From the IMG/VR virus record IMGVR_UViG_3300037721_000031, positions 128,001 to 192,000 of that record: 64,000 bases of DNA. One strand, given 5' to 3'. The DNA comes from a virus. Lineage: Duplodnaviria; Caudoviricetes. Below the pieces are notes generated by a model. It did no database searches and was not told the DNA's origin. It saw only the letters and a list, made by a program, of their open reading frames with translations. The translations under genes were made by a program, and so were the position numbers. Positions 37,837-48,056 of the stretch are shown one piece after another (the first letter of the stretch is position 1; each line of letters opens with the position of its first letter).

Positions 37837-38790
37837 TGGATTCGATGATAAAAGAAATAGTGACGGCCACGACACTGAACAATCGTCAGCGCTGCCGTCT
37901 CTACCCATAACAGGCAGCTTTACTTCCACTAAGACCAACTATGGTCTTAGTGGAAGTGGATTGTCGATCACATTCCCAATTGTAGTCAGGAATTATCAGC
38001 TCTGGCCAGATCCCTCCGGACAGCATTTGACATCATGTCTTGTGGACTAGACATCAAATAAAAGGCCATACACACAGGTCCCAGAATACTAACCTAAATC
38101 TCAGAGAACTTCTGATGAGGCTACCAACCTCAGCACTCTCACGAGTGTCAGACTCTTGCAAGATCTAATAGCTAAATATTCCTGGAGTCAAGATGATGGA
38201 AGAATATGATTAAAGTCATACCCGTATTCGTCTGTGGATGGCGAAACTGTTTACATCTATCGGATAAAAGACTACGTACAGACTCATTACTGTTACTCGG
38301 CTGTAGTATTACCGGCAACGTGTTTATCACTACGCTACCGATTCTATAAGCCTACATATTTGCCTGTACGTAGTAAAAACTGTTGAAAACACAATCTCAG
38401 TATCACGAGTAAATCTCGCCGTCTCGAAACGGCAAGACTGGTTGTTCGAGCAACCATCCAATATAAAGCTTCAGCAATATACCGAACAACTCATGATCTA
38501 GAGGCTGCATTCTCGAACCATTAGTTTAGTGGCTTCAACACTTGCGACTTTCGTCCAAGCTCCACCCTGCATCACCTAGGTTCAGACTTACAACTTGGCA
38601 GAAACAAGGAGTACCACCCCCTACGAATCTACCCATAGTGTTTCGATTAGTTGGTGCTAATCATCAGACCATATACCGTATTGAGAGTCTCAGTGTGTGT
38701 CTCCTGGACACACAACTCTCATAGTACATGACTCTTTAACACTTAAGATCAAATGACTCTCGGAAATACTCTCTGAGTCGTCTAACAAAT
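37837..38790 (-). ncRNA. Candidate large ornate structured ncRNA (~950 nt)
   Basis: No credible ORF; 16-bp hairpin 37922-37957; 11-bp long-range helix 38271-38281/38364-38374; GNRA-capped stems on the minus strand; possible 3' CCA at 37837. Confidence 0.55.
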
Positions 38791-39088
38791 TATAATGAGT
38801 TCGAATATTTTCTTACACATTTCAATCAAGAACAGCATACTTCTACACTATTCCACTTATGTCATATGTGTTTGAAATTTCTTTGATTCAAGAAATAAGA
38901 TACAGATAACCAGCGAATGCTGTTAGACAAACAATCTTGACATAATGTTTACGGAGGATACCGTTAGCAGCCACCAATGTCAATCCACAGATATTTTTAC
39001 CAACCATAATTACAGTCTTAGTCAAACTCATTTCGTTGTGCATATGCATCCTTAAGAGTACTGCAGTAGATTACTAGCTATTACTTCA

Positions 39089-39412
39089 TCAAAGAGTTTT
39101 AAGTCGTTGCTTGACTTCTTGATACATTATACTCACACATGCAGAAATTGACCCCTCATAATCTGAAAGTTTATCCCTGAGCCAGGTGTTTAGTCCTGGA
39201 CTAAACTTTTGTTCTTCTCGAAGGTTATCAAATTCTTGCACAACCTTCATTCCAACTTTATGAAATTTCTCACAAACATCTTCGGCATGCGCAATCAGCA
39301 TTTCTTGTATATCGAAGCCGTCATACCTTTGAGCCTCTTTTATTGCTGAAAATGCAACTTTTTGCACATCAATTGCATGTCGTACCAGCTTCTTCAACTT
39401 CTTCATTCCCAT
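39089..39412 (-). CDS. Hypothetical protein
   Basis: 107-aa ORF. Confidence 0.6.
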   Translation of the reverse strand: MGMKKLKKLVRHAIDVQKVAFSAIKEAQRYDGFDIQEMLIAHAEDVCEKFHKVGMKVVQEFDNLREEQKFSPGLNTWLRDKLSDYEGSISACVSIMYQEVKQRLKTL

Positions 39413-39445
39413 GATATTTCCTAGTTAAACTCATTAAAGCGTGGC

Positions 39446-39769
39446 TTAAAACAAGCTATCTGCTGTCCCTTTGTGGTCTACCTTATTCTCTTTACTATCG
39501 CGGTAACAAAACACAATAACGTAAGCAAGATTAGACAAGGTGAATGCAGCATATAACGTTATAATAACTGCCACTGCATTATTCGTATAAACAACTGGAG
39601 ATTCTTCCGTGATACCTAAATGGTATCTGATGATCTGTGCCAATATAAGAACACACGGTGCTAGCGCTAAAGTCCAACTAGTAGCCAAAGCAAACAACAT
39701 TGTTTTACTTAGTCTTTTCCTTAAAGCTTTCTGATTAGCTAAAAGATTATTGCAGGTAGAGTTATTCAC
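39446..39769 (-). CDS. Membrane protein (two transmembrane segments)
   Basis: Two hydrophobic stretches. Confidence 0.6.
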   Translation of the reverse strand: MNNSTCNNLLANQKALRKRLSKTMLFALATSWTLALAPCVLILAQIIRYHLGITEESPVVYTNNAVAVIITLYAAFTLSNLAYVIVFCYRDSKENKVDHKGTADSLF

Positions 39770-40185
39770 AACGTCACCTTCCAGTTAGGTGATTGAAGAT
39801 CATGTTCTTTTTCAGAATACAGATGATTCCGAAATGTGATGTTGTAAACTGTATTCAGCTGCGCGGTGGAATGTACGAAGCTGATATCTGTTGTACCATT
39901 GATGAAATCAATTTCTTTGACTACTACCTCAAACATCAATCCAACATCAAATTCTCTTTGGAACGAGAGCTCGGCGTATTCCCTGAGCATTGTGTATAGT
40001 GGAACGAATGCAATTCTCAGCTTTGACACTCCGGGGTCATCAGTCTTGAACGAATTCATGACTGACATACATTCATGAATCGCTCGTGTCAGTCGCTTCG
40101 ATTCTGACTGAGAGATATCGACAACTCTAAAATTCTTCTTCATGATCTTGCGATTACTGGGCAATTGTGGGAGGCCGTGTTGCAT
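39766..40185 (-). CDS. Hypothetical protein
   Basis: 139-aa ORF coupled to the downstream gene. Confidence 0.6.
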   Translation of the reverse strand: MQHGLPQLPSNRKIMKKNFRVVDISQSESKRLTRAIHECMSVMNSFKTDDPGVSKLRIAFVPLYTMLREYAELSFQREFDVGLMFEVVVKEIDFINGTTDISFVHSTAQLNTVYNITFRNHLYSEKEHDLQSPNWKVTL

Positions 40186-40224
40186 GATTGATTTCCTTTT
40201 TTACAGTGGATAACCGGTACTACT

Positions 40225-40608
40225 TTACTGTTGTAGTTCACCGTGAAAGATTACAGACTTACCTAGACTCTGTAGATAGGTTATGACTAGTGGTGCGAAT
40301 AAATGACGATGGCAGTAATCTCCTGCTTTGCAATAGCAGGCTAATGCCATTAGTTTATTGTCTGCTAATTTCCTCCACTCATCTAAGTTATAATCCGAAG
40401 AACTTATAACCTTGTCGTAGTACTGCTTAGTATATTCTTCTTTAGACATTAAACCTGCTTTATAAGCTCGCAGGTTCTCCCACGTAGGAGCGAATGAATT
40501 GATACCTGATTTTACCGTTACATCAATCAGTGCGATTCCGTTATCACGAGCTAATCGCCAAGCACCTATCTGAATGGTCCAGATATGATAATCTTTATCT
40601 TGAGACAT
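40225..40608 (-). CDS. DUF488/YeaO-like protein
   Basis: FAPTWE...Y...Y...LACYC...CHRHL. Confidence 0.65.
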   Translation of the reverse strand: MSQDKDYHIWTIQIGAWRLARDNGIALIDVTVKSGINSFAPTWENLRAYKAGLMSKEEYTKQYYDKVISSSDYNLDEWRKLADNKLMALACYCKAGDYCHRHLFAPLVITYLQSLGKSVIFHGELQQ

Positions 40609-40671
40609 GATTTAACTCGTATATAGTTTTACACTACATGAATTGTAGTTTATTGTATTTTCTATACTACG

Positions 40672-40719
40672 GCATAAACAGTAACGAAGTTCCAATACGG
40701 ACTTCGTTACTGTTTATGC
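40672..40719. terminator. Terminator hairpin
   Basis: gcataaacagtaacgaagt...acttcgttactgtttatgc. Confidence 0.75.
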
Positions 40720-40728
40720 TCTTTTTTG

Positions 40729-41031
40729 TTATACCCTGTCGACTGACGAATTAAGTGCAACATACCCTTTAATCTCAAAACCACTAGCGCAATAATGCAG
40801 AAGATCACTATTTGTGACGAAATCTTCGTGCTTCAGAACAACGCTGTCGAACATACCGTCATAGTAAACTTTTATTGTAGTGTCTTTTTGTGAAACTACA
40901 GATATGTGGACCCAGTTTCCTTCTTCAATACGTTCCAGTAAAGTTCTTGATTTAAGTAAAAGAGCTTTACATACATTCTTAAACATTTGCTGTTGAGATA
41001 CAGATGTATTATAACGAAGACAGAGTTCCAT
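40729..41031 (-). CDS. Hypothetical protein
   Basis: 100-aa ORF with AGGAG RBS. Confidence 0.6.
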   Translation of the reverse strand: MELCLRYNTSVSQQQMFKNVCKALLLKSRTLLERIEEGNWVHISVVSQKDTTIKVYYDGMFDSVVLKHEDFVTNSDLLHYCASGFEIKGYVALNSSVDRV

Positions 41032-41044
41032 AACGTTAACTCCT

Positions 41045-41467
41045 TTACGGGCTACCCAGCATTTTTCCAGTTGGATCAGGACATCCTAATCGTGATACTT
41101 TCAGAGCTTCTTCCAGATCTTTAACTACTACTCCCTCAGGAGTACACCAACCCCAAACCTCGTTAGCGTGCTTTTCAACAGCGAGCGGGTTATCATCAAT
41201 CCAAATATTTATTCGAATGCCGAGAGATTCAGTTACTTTACGTTTAGCTTGCCGTCCGGTACAGATAATACCATCTACTTCTTTCAGGAAGTGATCTGGG
41301 ATAGCTCTGTTAGGAAAGTTAGGATCATTAACTTCGCTTTCATAACGCATAGTCACTACGTAGACTTTATGACCGCTAGCTCGAGCAAGTCTTACGAACA
41401 TGAGCCAGAGATTAATGTCCTCAGATACAGTACCATCATAATCTAGGCCGATAGTGAGTGTCTTCAT
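41045..41467 (-). CDS. HAD-superfamily phosphatase-like protein
   Basis: GLDYDGTV (DxDxT), VVTMR, K, WIDDNP. Confidence 0.75.
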   Translation of the reverse strand: MKTLTIGLDYDGTVSEDINLWLMFVRLARASGHKVYVVTMRYESEVNDPNFPNRAIPDHFLKEVDGIICTGRQAKRKVTESLGIRINIWIDDNPLAVEKHANEVWGWCTPEGVVVKDLEEALKVSRLGCPDPTGKMLGSP

Positions 41468-41513
41468 AATTACCTGGTTAAGTATGAGAGAAAAGTGGTA
41501 AATTAGTAAATTG

Positions 41514-42227
41514 TCAGTGTTCGTAACTGATTGGTATCACTTCAAATTCTTCATCATCGTCAACATACTCGTCAGCACGATGAAGTTCAGACTCGTCAGC
41601 GCCAAGAGTTTCAATGAGTTCAGCGTCTGCAGATATAGCGCTTAAGTTAAGCATGATGCTGATAAGTTGATACTTATTATTAGAATTATAAAACAGTATA
41701 ATCAACTCACCATCGTTAGTTTCATGCGTATCAAAAAAGACGTAACTGTGCTGCTGAGTACTGTTAATTACTCCGATGATCGCATAAATGAAATCAGAAT
41801 TTTGACACTCATGTCTTCGAGCATGTTCATACATTACTTCTTGAGGATCGCTGTCTAAACGCTCATATCTTTCGAACTCTAAAGGCTTATCTAAAAAAGT
41901 AACAGACATGAAAATTCTGTTGTGCGGAGAATTCTCATTATCGTCACGACAACGTCGAATGTCACTAGAGAAGAAAGCCTGTTCTCCAACATTGTTAGGA
42001 GTTAATTCTCGTCGACTGTCACCATCAACACATAGCCAATCAGTCATGTGTATTGAACAATTACGAAAAAAACTAACACCTGTTTGAATAATTGGGATGG
42101 CTTCTCTAGTGCATGCATTTGGTATAAAACTTAATAGCTCATCCAGTCTGTCATTCTTGACATCTTTAGAGTTCAGAGCGTAATCAAGCATATCTGAAAG
42201 ATTCATGTAAACTCCATGTCGTAGCAT
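41514..42227 (-). CDS. Hypothetical protein with acidic C-terminus
   Basis: 237-aa ORF. Confidence 0.6.
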   Translation of the reverse strand: MLRHGVYMNLSDMLDYALNSKDVKNDRLDELLSFIPNACTREAIPIIQTGVSFFRNCSIHMTDWLCVDGDSRRELTPNNVGEQAFFSSDIRRCRDDNENSPHNRIFMSVTFLDKPLEFERYERLDSDPQEVMYEHARRHECQNSDFIYAIIGVINSTQQHSYVFFDTHETNDGELIILFYNSNNKYQLISIMLNLSAISADAELIETLGADESELHRADEYVDDDEEFEVIPISYEH

Positions 42228-42323
42228 TTTCTAGTATCTTGTTGAAAAGTATATGACTGTACAGTCCTACATAAAGTAAGTAGTCGTCATATACTTTCAT
42301 GCTCTAAACATTTAATTTATAAG

Positions 42324-42581
42324 TCACCCGTTATAATTCACGGCTTCTTGATTAAAGTACTCACTAAAACGTGAGAACGAAATCATTTCAAGCATAAATT
42401 CGCATTTATTTTTAAAGTCTTCGTATGCTTCAAAATAATTATTAAAATTAGCATTTTCATCGATAGTAAAGCGACTACCAGAAAATAGTACTTTAAAATC
42501 GTAACCTGTTCCTGTTTCTTTCGAAAGTAAACAGACATTATCACCCAGTAGCTCAAACTTTGAAATAAGCTTAAACGTCAT
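42324..42581 (-). CDS. Hypothetical protein
   Basis: 85-aa ORF. Confidence 0.55.
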   Translation of the reverse strand: MTFKLISKFELLGDNVCLLSKETGTGYDFKVLFSGSRFTIDENANFNNYFEAYEDFKNKCEFMLEMISFSRFSEYFNQEAVNYNG

Positions 42582-42598
42582 GTAGGACCTTCTATATC

Positions 42599-43204
42599 TT
42601 AAAATGGCAACTTATGTTCGTCCATCTGAGGACAACAGTAATTCTGTCTATTACCATAATGTTCATCGATCTCTTGCGTATCTAGAGTAGAATTTGTATC
42701 GTAAAAATGAACTCTAGGTATAACGATCTTACACTCAGCTGTGATAAGATTTACTTCCATCAAGAATCTACGGTAATGGACGTTAGCCTTACTGTCTGAT
42801 TCACCACCAACATGCCACATTAAGGTGTCGGAGTTTGTACGATGAAACTCTTTACTAGAGTCTTCTCCTGGAAGAAGGGTATCTGCCCACTTAAATGTAT
42901 CTTCTAGTGACACATTTTCTGTTTTAGGAATACAAGACCAGAAAGCTAACTTCCAAGCATTATCTTGTAATTGTGGGTTTTGTTTTACTAACGGCTTCAC
43001 TCTGCAGCCAGATTTTCTATCACCGTTATGAGCCCATCCGCGGTCAGTATATGTGGCCTTAGGGTCTGCATCACGCATAGGCCGGTACCCGTCAACAGGC
43101 CAATGATGGTAATGAGGTTTATCAGTCCACAGTAAGAAGTGACGCCATCCACCCATCATAACTTCATGGTTATATGGCCTAGTAATATATATTAGCAAAT
43201 TCAT
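42599..43204 (-). CDS. Hypothetical Trp/His-rich protein
   Basis: 201-aa ORF with GGAG RBS. Confidence 0.6.
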   Translation of the reverse strand: MNLLIYITRPYNHEVMMGGWRHFLLWTDKPHYHHWPVDGYRPMRDADPKATYTDRGWAHNGDRKSGCRVKPLVKQNPQLQDNAWKLAFWSCIPKTENVSLEDTFKWADTLLPGEDSSKEFHRTNSDTLMWHVGGESDSKANVHYRRFLMEVNLITAECKIVIPRVHFYDTNSTLDTQEIDEHYGNRQNYCCPQMDEHKLPF

Positions 43205-43242
43205 CTCCTAGTAATAAGTCAGCAAAACGTCAAGATACGTTA

Positions 43243-44169
43243 TCATACACAATCATCCTGACAGGAGCTAACTTCCAAATTTTGCAGAAGAATACCGTAG
43301 TCTTTATCAAGGAATTCATTAAACTTATTTAAGAATGCTGAAAACTCCTTGTTTATAAGGCGATTGACTAAGTTAATATCCATATTAGATTTATTAAGAT
43401 TATAGATATTTTGCACAGTCACATTGTACAATTGCTCTAGAGCTGTAGGTGTCTTACGAATTAAAGAGATTCTGTGACGTGTTTGAATTTCTGATGTCTG
43501 ACGGTTCATCCCATCTTTCATCTTCTTCAGATCTTCTGCCGAGTATGTCACTTGTGTTTGTACAAAACAAATCATACGCTGACAAAAGCTAGTAAGATAC
43601 AGTGGTGGAGAAGCCACATCAGGCTCAGGAATGACTCCTCGAAGAGCATGCGTGATTGTCCAGTATTTCACACCATCTCTAACTATACGGTACCATACTT
43701 CAAATACCTTATTAGAATTCTTTTCTTTGAGAACCAGTTTTTCTTTTGTAATGATCATGACCTTATCATGACCTACAGTCATTTCCAACCTTACTTCTTT
43801 AGACTGGTTTACTTTAGATACGGTGATAGCAATAGCGCTGATGAAGCCGGAGCTTCCTGGTTGTACGCTTGTATCGTAACGACGACCGGCAGACATGTAC
43901 GCTTGATGAAATACAGTGCTGTAAATGGTGATATCACCTTCCACAATGTCCTCTGCCCACTGGATAGCGCCAACAGGATAGTTACATCCTTCTTCAGTGA
44001 ACCATTCTGCCTGAGGCTCCAGCATTACCTCCATTGGAAGACAACGTTGCTTTTGAAGCTCTACAAACTTCTCAACACTAATCATCTTACTCATGGCGAC
44101 ATGAGCAGATACTTGATTTACGGATGGATTGTTAGAAACTTGATTAGTAGTCATGATTTTCCACAGCAT
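43243..44169 (-). CDS. Hypothetical protein
   Basis: 308-aa ORF. Confidence 0.6.
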   Translation of the reverse strand: MLWKIMTTNQVSNNPSVNQVSAHVAMSKMISVEKFVELQKQRCLPMEVMLEPQAEWFTEEGCNYPVGAIQWAEDIVEGDITIYSTVFHQAYMSAGRRYDTSVQPGSSGFISAIAITVSKVNQSKEVRLEMTVGHDKVMIITKEKLVLKEKNSNKVFEVWYRIVRDGVKYWTITHALRGVIPEPDVASPPLYLTSFCQRMICFVQTQVTYSAEDLKKMKDGMNRQTSEIQTRHRISLIRKTPTALEQLYNVTVQNIYNLNKSNMDINLVNRLINKEFSAFLNKFNEFLDKDYGILLQNLEVSSCQDDCV

Positions 44170-44220
44170 TAATTAGTTACGGCATAAAGAGAGTTCTTGA
44201 CTCTCTTTACTTACAGGGTA

Positions 44221-44556
44221 TTAAGACGCAGTTACTGACTTCTGTTCTGAATGAGTAAGCTCTTGCAGTTCACTATCCTTGTTAGGCCACCCATTAATTG
44301 CTTTGACTAGACTGGTAATAACTTTCTCGTAATCACCATCTACTCTGAAGTAAGATCCCAATATATCCTTCATCCAAGCCATCCCGTACCTACTCTGCTG
44401 AATAGTCACGTGAGTGTTCAATATTTTAGAATTCCACATTCTCCGAACTATCTCGTGCGACTTATTCCGATCATCGCTGAGTGTACCTGCCAGGTGACCA
44501 ATCAGCTTATTAAAAGACACAATAGCCGCTTGATTATTTTCTTGAGTTGACGACAT
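44221..44556 (-). CDS. Hypothetical protein
   Basis: 111-aa ORF with AGGAG RBS. Confidence 0.6.
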   Translation of the reverse strand: MSSTQENNQAAIVSFNKLIGHLAGTLSDDRNKSHEIVRRMWNSKILNTHVTIQQSRYGMAWMKDILGSYFRVDGDYEKVITSLVKAINGWPNKDSELQELTHSEQKSVTAS

Positions 44557-44741
44557 GAGTTCTCCTGATTAGTAGGTAGGAGGTAATGAGAGTATGTGTA
44601 GGTGAATCAATACATTTGAAGTATCTGTATTCTTTTACAATCCATGATATGGGAGTTTATCGATAGTTTATATCTTAAAGAGTATAAACTCTTATAAAAT
44701 ACACTATAAGAAATACCTAAACTTTCTACAAAGGAAATATC

Positions 44742-44999
44742 ATGAAATTTGAACTGATTGAAAATTGGAAAACCTTTTACAAGATGTATTCCATGTGGGC
44801 ATTCGTGATCCTGGGTCTTACCCCGGATCTCTATAATCTCGCAGTGCAATACCATATGGTTGATGGTAGCAGCGCTCCTGCTGCTCTTGCTGGTATGATC
44901 AATACCCTTGCTTTTGCTGGCGCAGCATTGCGTCTCGTTAAGCAAAAGAAGTTAGAAGCTGATGTGGCTGAAGCTGCTGAACGTCCTGTTAGCAAGTAA
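44742..44999 (+). CDS. Putative holin (small two-TM protein)
   Basis: MKFELIENWK...YSMW N-terminus, two transmembrane segments, basic tail; AAGGA RBS; followed by a terminator at 45013-45044. Confidence 0.6.
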   Translation: MKFELIENWKTFYKMYSMWAFVILGLTPDLYNLAVQYHMVDGSSAPAALAGMINTLAFAGAALRLVKQKKLEADVAEAAERPVSK

Positions 45000-45059
45000 T
45001 ATCTTGTGTTTGTAAATAGTGGTGGGATTTCCCACCACTATTTATGCCGCATGACTTAT

Positions 45060-45842
45060 TTACTTTCTGTATCGGAGAATGATGTCTTTAACAATTGCAT
45101 TCCTGACTATTTCGTCTTCATCAAACTCACAGACACAATAGTCTTGCATTCCACGCAATCTCTCCAACATATCCACTAGGCCAGATGTTTCAGTTATGTC
45201 TATCTGTCCAATATCACCGTCCACAACTACAGTGCAGTCGTTACCTATACGGGTCAAGAAGGTCAGCATTTCCTTATTAGTAGTGTTTTGTGCTTCATCC
45301 AGAATCACAAAAGCATTCTCAAATGTACTACCGCGGAGATATTCCAGAGGAGCTATTTCAATCTGTCCGTTTTTAATCATGTTCTCTACATGACTGACAC
45401 CCAGACGCTTCTCAAGAATTACACGAACTGGCTTAAAGTACGGAGCCCACTTATCTTCGATCTCACCAGGCAAGAAACCCAGACCTCTACCTGATTCAAC
45501 AGCTGGCCTACAGATAATGATTTTAGATATCTTCTTTTCCATTAACAGCATTGACGCTGTAGTTACAGCTATGTGCGTTTTACCGGTACCAGGGGGACCT
45601 ATACCTATTGTTAAGGTATGTGACAGAATCATCTGGTGATATGTTTTTTGCTTCGGGGTCTTGTACTGAATTGGTCCTGTCTGTATGCTCTCATTGCGCA
45701 ATGAAGCGATATATGAGTGTGACTGCTGATTACCTATACCTGAGACAATGTTTCTTCCTTCACGCTTTGCTGATCGCTGTTCGCGACGCTCTGCTCTTGT
45801 GATGACACTGGAAGACCGTTTACCCCGTTGGAACTTTGCCAT
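45060..45842 (-). CDS. phoH: PhoH-family ATPase
   Basis: GPPGTGKT, RPAVE...GFLPG, YLRGSTF, ILDEAQN, GDxxQxD; start adjusted to Met19. Confidence 0.95.
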   Translation of the reverse strand: MAKFQRGKRSSSVITRAERREQRSAKREGRNIVSGIGNQQSHSYIASLRNESIQTGPIQYKTPKQKTYHQMILSHTLTIGIGPPGTGKTHIAVTTASMLLMEKKISKIIICRPAVESGRGLGFLPGEIEDKWAPYFKPVRVILEKRLGVSHVENMIKNGQIEIAPLEYLRGSTFENAFVILDEAQNTTNKEMLTFLTRIGNDCTVVVDGDIGQIDITETSGLVDMLERLRGMQDYCVCEFDEDEIVRNAIVKDIILRYRK

Positions 45843-46059
45843 AGAATGATACTTTCTATAAAGACTACCGCGATGCAAAATGAGATCCGAACCCACTCAT
45901 TCACAGTATCTATGCAACCGTTTTATCTTAATAAAAAGTACTTAATTCTATGATCCGACGCGATTATGAATTTGGTATCTTTATCTTATTTAGTAAAAAA
46001 TATTCTTTAAAATAGACTTTAATAGCCAGGGTAGTTTCCCTGGCTATTATGCCGTAATA

Positions 46060-46428
46060 TCAAACGGATAGCTCGCCATAGTCATTATAAACATCACAGA
46101 TCTTCATGATACTGAGCTTTGTAGCGTCACATGCTAGAAGTGAACTAGCGTTACATGACTGAATGAGATTTGTAGCATTGGATACAGCACGGTGTTCGAT
46201 AAGCTTAATAAATCTATCTTTACTAAGCCTAGCTTCTTCCAATGTTACTTTTATTGCAACACTCAGCTTACTTGTCTTACTGAGAGTTGGTTTGAATGGA
46301 ACAATACTGTTAGTCACTAACTCTAGATCAACTAAGTACAAGTGTCCAACGACATTAGATTTGTCAAGACCGAGAAACCTCTTAAACAAAGTAAGTTTCT
46401 TTGAAAAATAATTTAGAACAGTATTCAC
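46060..46428 (-). CDS. Hypothetical protein
   Basis: 122-aa ORF overlapping the upstream stop. Confidence 0.55.
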   Translation of the reverse strand: MNTVLNYFSKKLTLFKRFLGLDKSNVVGHLYLVDLELVTNSIVPFKPTLSKTSKLSVAIKVTLEEARLSKDRFIKLIEHRAVSNATNLIQSCNASSLLACDATKLSIMKICDVYNDYGELSV

Positions 46429-47048
46429 AATCCTACCCTTCCAAGTAAAGTCTTATATTCTCGTGCAATTACTGGATAACACATCGTCAGTTCTACGGTC
46501 TGTAGACCATTTGACATTTTAATCTTGAAACTTGAGTTTTCTGTCTTAACATCATCAAGTCTAATCATCAAAGTTCGATACTGATAGACCTCAGCGTAAA
46601 CGCTAATAAAGTATAAAAGGAACGAAGCAAGCGATGACAACTTTTCATCTTCTTGAATCCACTGCTTGTAGTACTGTTCTGCAGCGTATATTGAATTCTC
46701 AGGAGTAGGCTCCCTTTTCAATACATTTTCCTTTTCTCTTTCTGTAGCGGAGTAAATACGCAGTGATCCAAACTCAGGCATTCTGATCTGATCATCAGTG
46801 CGTCTAAGTAGGTTAAGATGATTATCTAGCATCTTAACTACAAAACCACTATCATCACTCGTGTAACTATACGCAATTACAGAACAACCAATAGGTCCAT
46901 TCATGTCTGCCAAAGTATCAATATAGTCAAGAAGTGCTTCTCTGTGCTGCAGAGAAAATTGTTGATTATTAATAGACAAAAACTTGTTGATATACTCATT
47001 TCGACAGTCTTCGATTGAGCTACCGACATTACCGTTATTGATACTCAT
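46425..47048 (-). CDS. Hypothetical protein
   Basis: 207-aa ORF. Confidence 0.6.
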   Translation of the reverse strand: MSINNGNVGSSIEDCRNEYINKFLSINNQQFSLQHREALLDYIDTLADMNGPIGCSVIAYSYTSDDSGFVVKMLDNHLNLLRRTDDQIRMPEFGSLRIYSATEREKENVLKREPTPENSIYAAEQYYKQWIQEDEKLSSLASFLLYFISVYAEVYQYRTLMIRLDDVKTENSSFKIKMSNGLQTVELTMCYPVIAREYKTLLGRVGL

Positions 47049-47072
47049 GGTTTACCTTGAATGGTTACCGAA

Positions 47073-47999
47073 TTAATTACTAAGTTGATTGATGAAGGTT
47101 CCACACGAAGCGTATACATCGCGACCAACGCGGGGTACAACCTTTGAACCAGAAAGCTTCATAGCAGAGCTTAGTTGCTCGAACCGCTCCTGTACTACCT
47201 CTTCAGCAGGCTCCCGCCCCTGAGCAGGACTGTAGGGGTTATAGCGTACTAAATTAAAGCGGGTGCTTAGACCTGACTTATTAACAAGATCGATAATCTT
47301 ATCAACATCTTCCTTACTATCATTCTGACCTTCAATGAAAGCCCAATGAAGAACTACTGCGTCATCAATGCCGTAGTTATCAAGACAGAAATCTTGATAA
47401 CTCTTAAGATGTTTCATAGCCTCTTTAGGAGCCATTGCTTTTGGCAGCCACCTCTTACGGAAATTTTCATCTGTACTGTATAGAGAGTAATAAATAGTAG
47501 GTAGCGATGGCTGTGTTGAAAACACCTTGAAGCCATTAAGAGGATTCTGAACATCAGGCATGATGGTAGAGATTTTGAACTTCGATTCATAAACTCCTAC
47601 ATTGTGCGCATGAAATCCGCACAATGCATCAATATATTTCCATGATGAAATCAAGTGAGGATTCAAAAGAGGTTCACCACGAGCCATCCAGTTGAAGTGT
47701 ACCTTTTTCAGCACTGGAATCTTATCGTTACCGAGTAGGCTCATGTAATGATCCGTGACATACTTCATCTGTATCTCATACTCATCCACTGTGGCTGGAG
47801 TCATATCGGTTTGTTTAGTTTGCGTCAGATGACAGAACCTACACGCTTGGTCGCAACCTCTATGAGAAGACAGATACACGATAAAGTAATCCGTACCAGG
47901 ACGGTGAACAAATCGAGCTTCAAGACCGTTAGGAAACACGAAATTAACACTAGCATCCAGGACGCTGTGTAAAATCTTAGGAGCAGTGACTAAATCCAT
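47073..47999 (-). CDS. RlmN/Cfr-like radical SAM protein
   Basis: YLSSHRGCDQACRFCH, ARGEPLLN, YSLYS, FNLVRYNP, GRDVYASCG. Confidence 0.8.
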   Translation of the reverse strand: MDLVTAPKILHSVLDASVNFVFPNGLEARFVHRPGTDYFIVYLSSHRGCDQACRFCHLTQTKQTDMTPATVDEYEIQMKYVTDHYMSLLGNDKIPVLKKVHFNWMARGEPLLNPHLISSWKYIDALCGFHAHNVGVYESKFKISTIMPDVQNPLNGFKVFSTQPSLPTIYYSLYSTDENFRKRWLPKAMAPKEAMKHLKSYQDFCLDNYGIDDAVVLHWAFIEGQNDSKEDVDKIIDLVNKSGLSTRFNLVRYNPYSPAQGREPAEEVVQERFEQLSSAMKLSGSKVVPRVGRDVYASCGTFINQLSN

Positions 48000-48056
48000 A
48001 ATAACGTAACCCTTGAATGCAGTGTGGATAATTAGAAATTGAAGACTTTATTCTTG

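Noticed and set aside
38542-38724. 60-aa plus-strand ORF and other small ORFs overlapping tRNAs (32101-32662, 36966-37806)
   Set aside because: Opposite to local transcription, no RBS, and overlapping structured RNA
30990-38790. RNase P RNA or group II intron as the identity of the large noncoding regions
   Set aside because: I found no GAGGAAAGTCC/P4 signature and no domain V (AGC triad) or GTGCG 5' end by eye; an Infernal search is needed to exclude them formally
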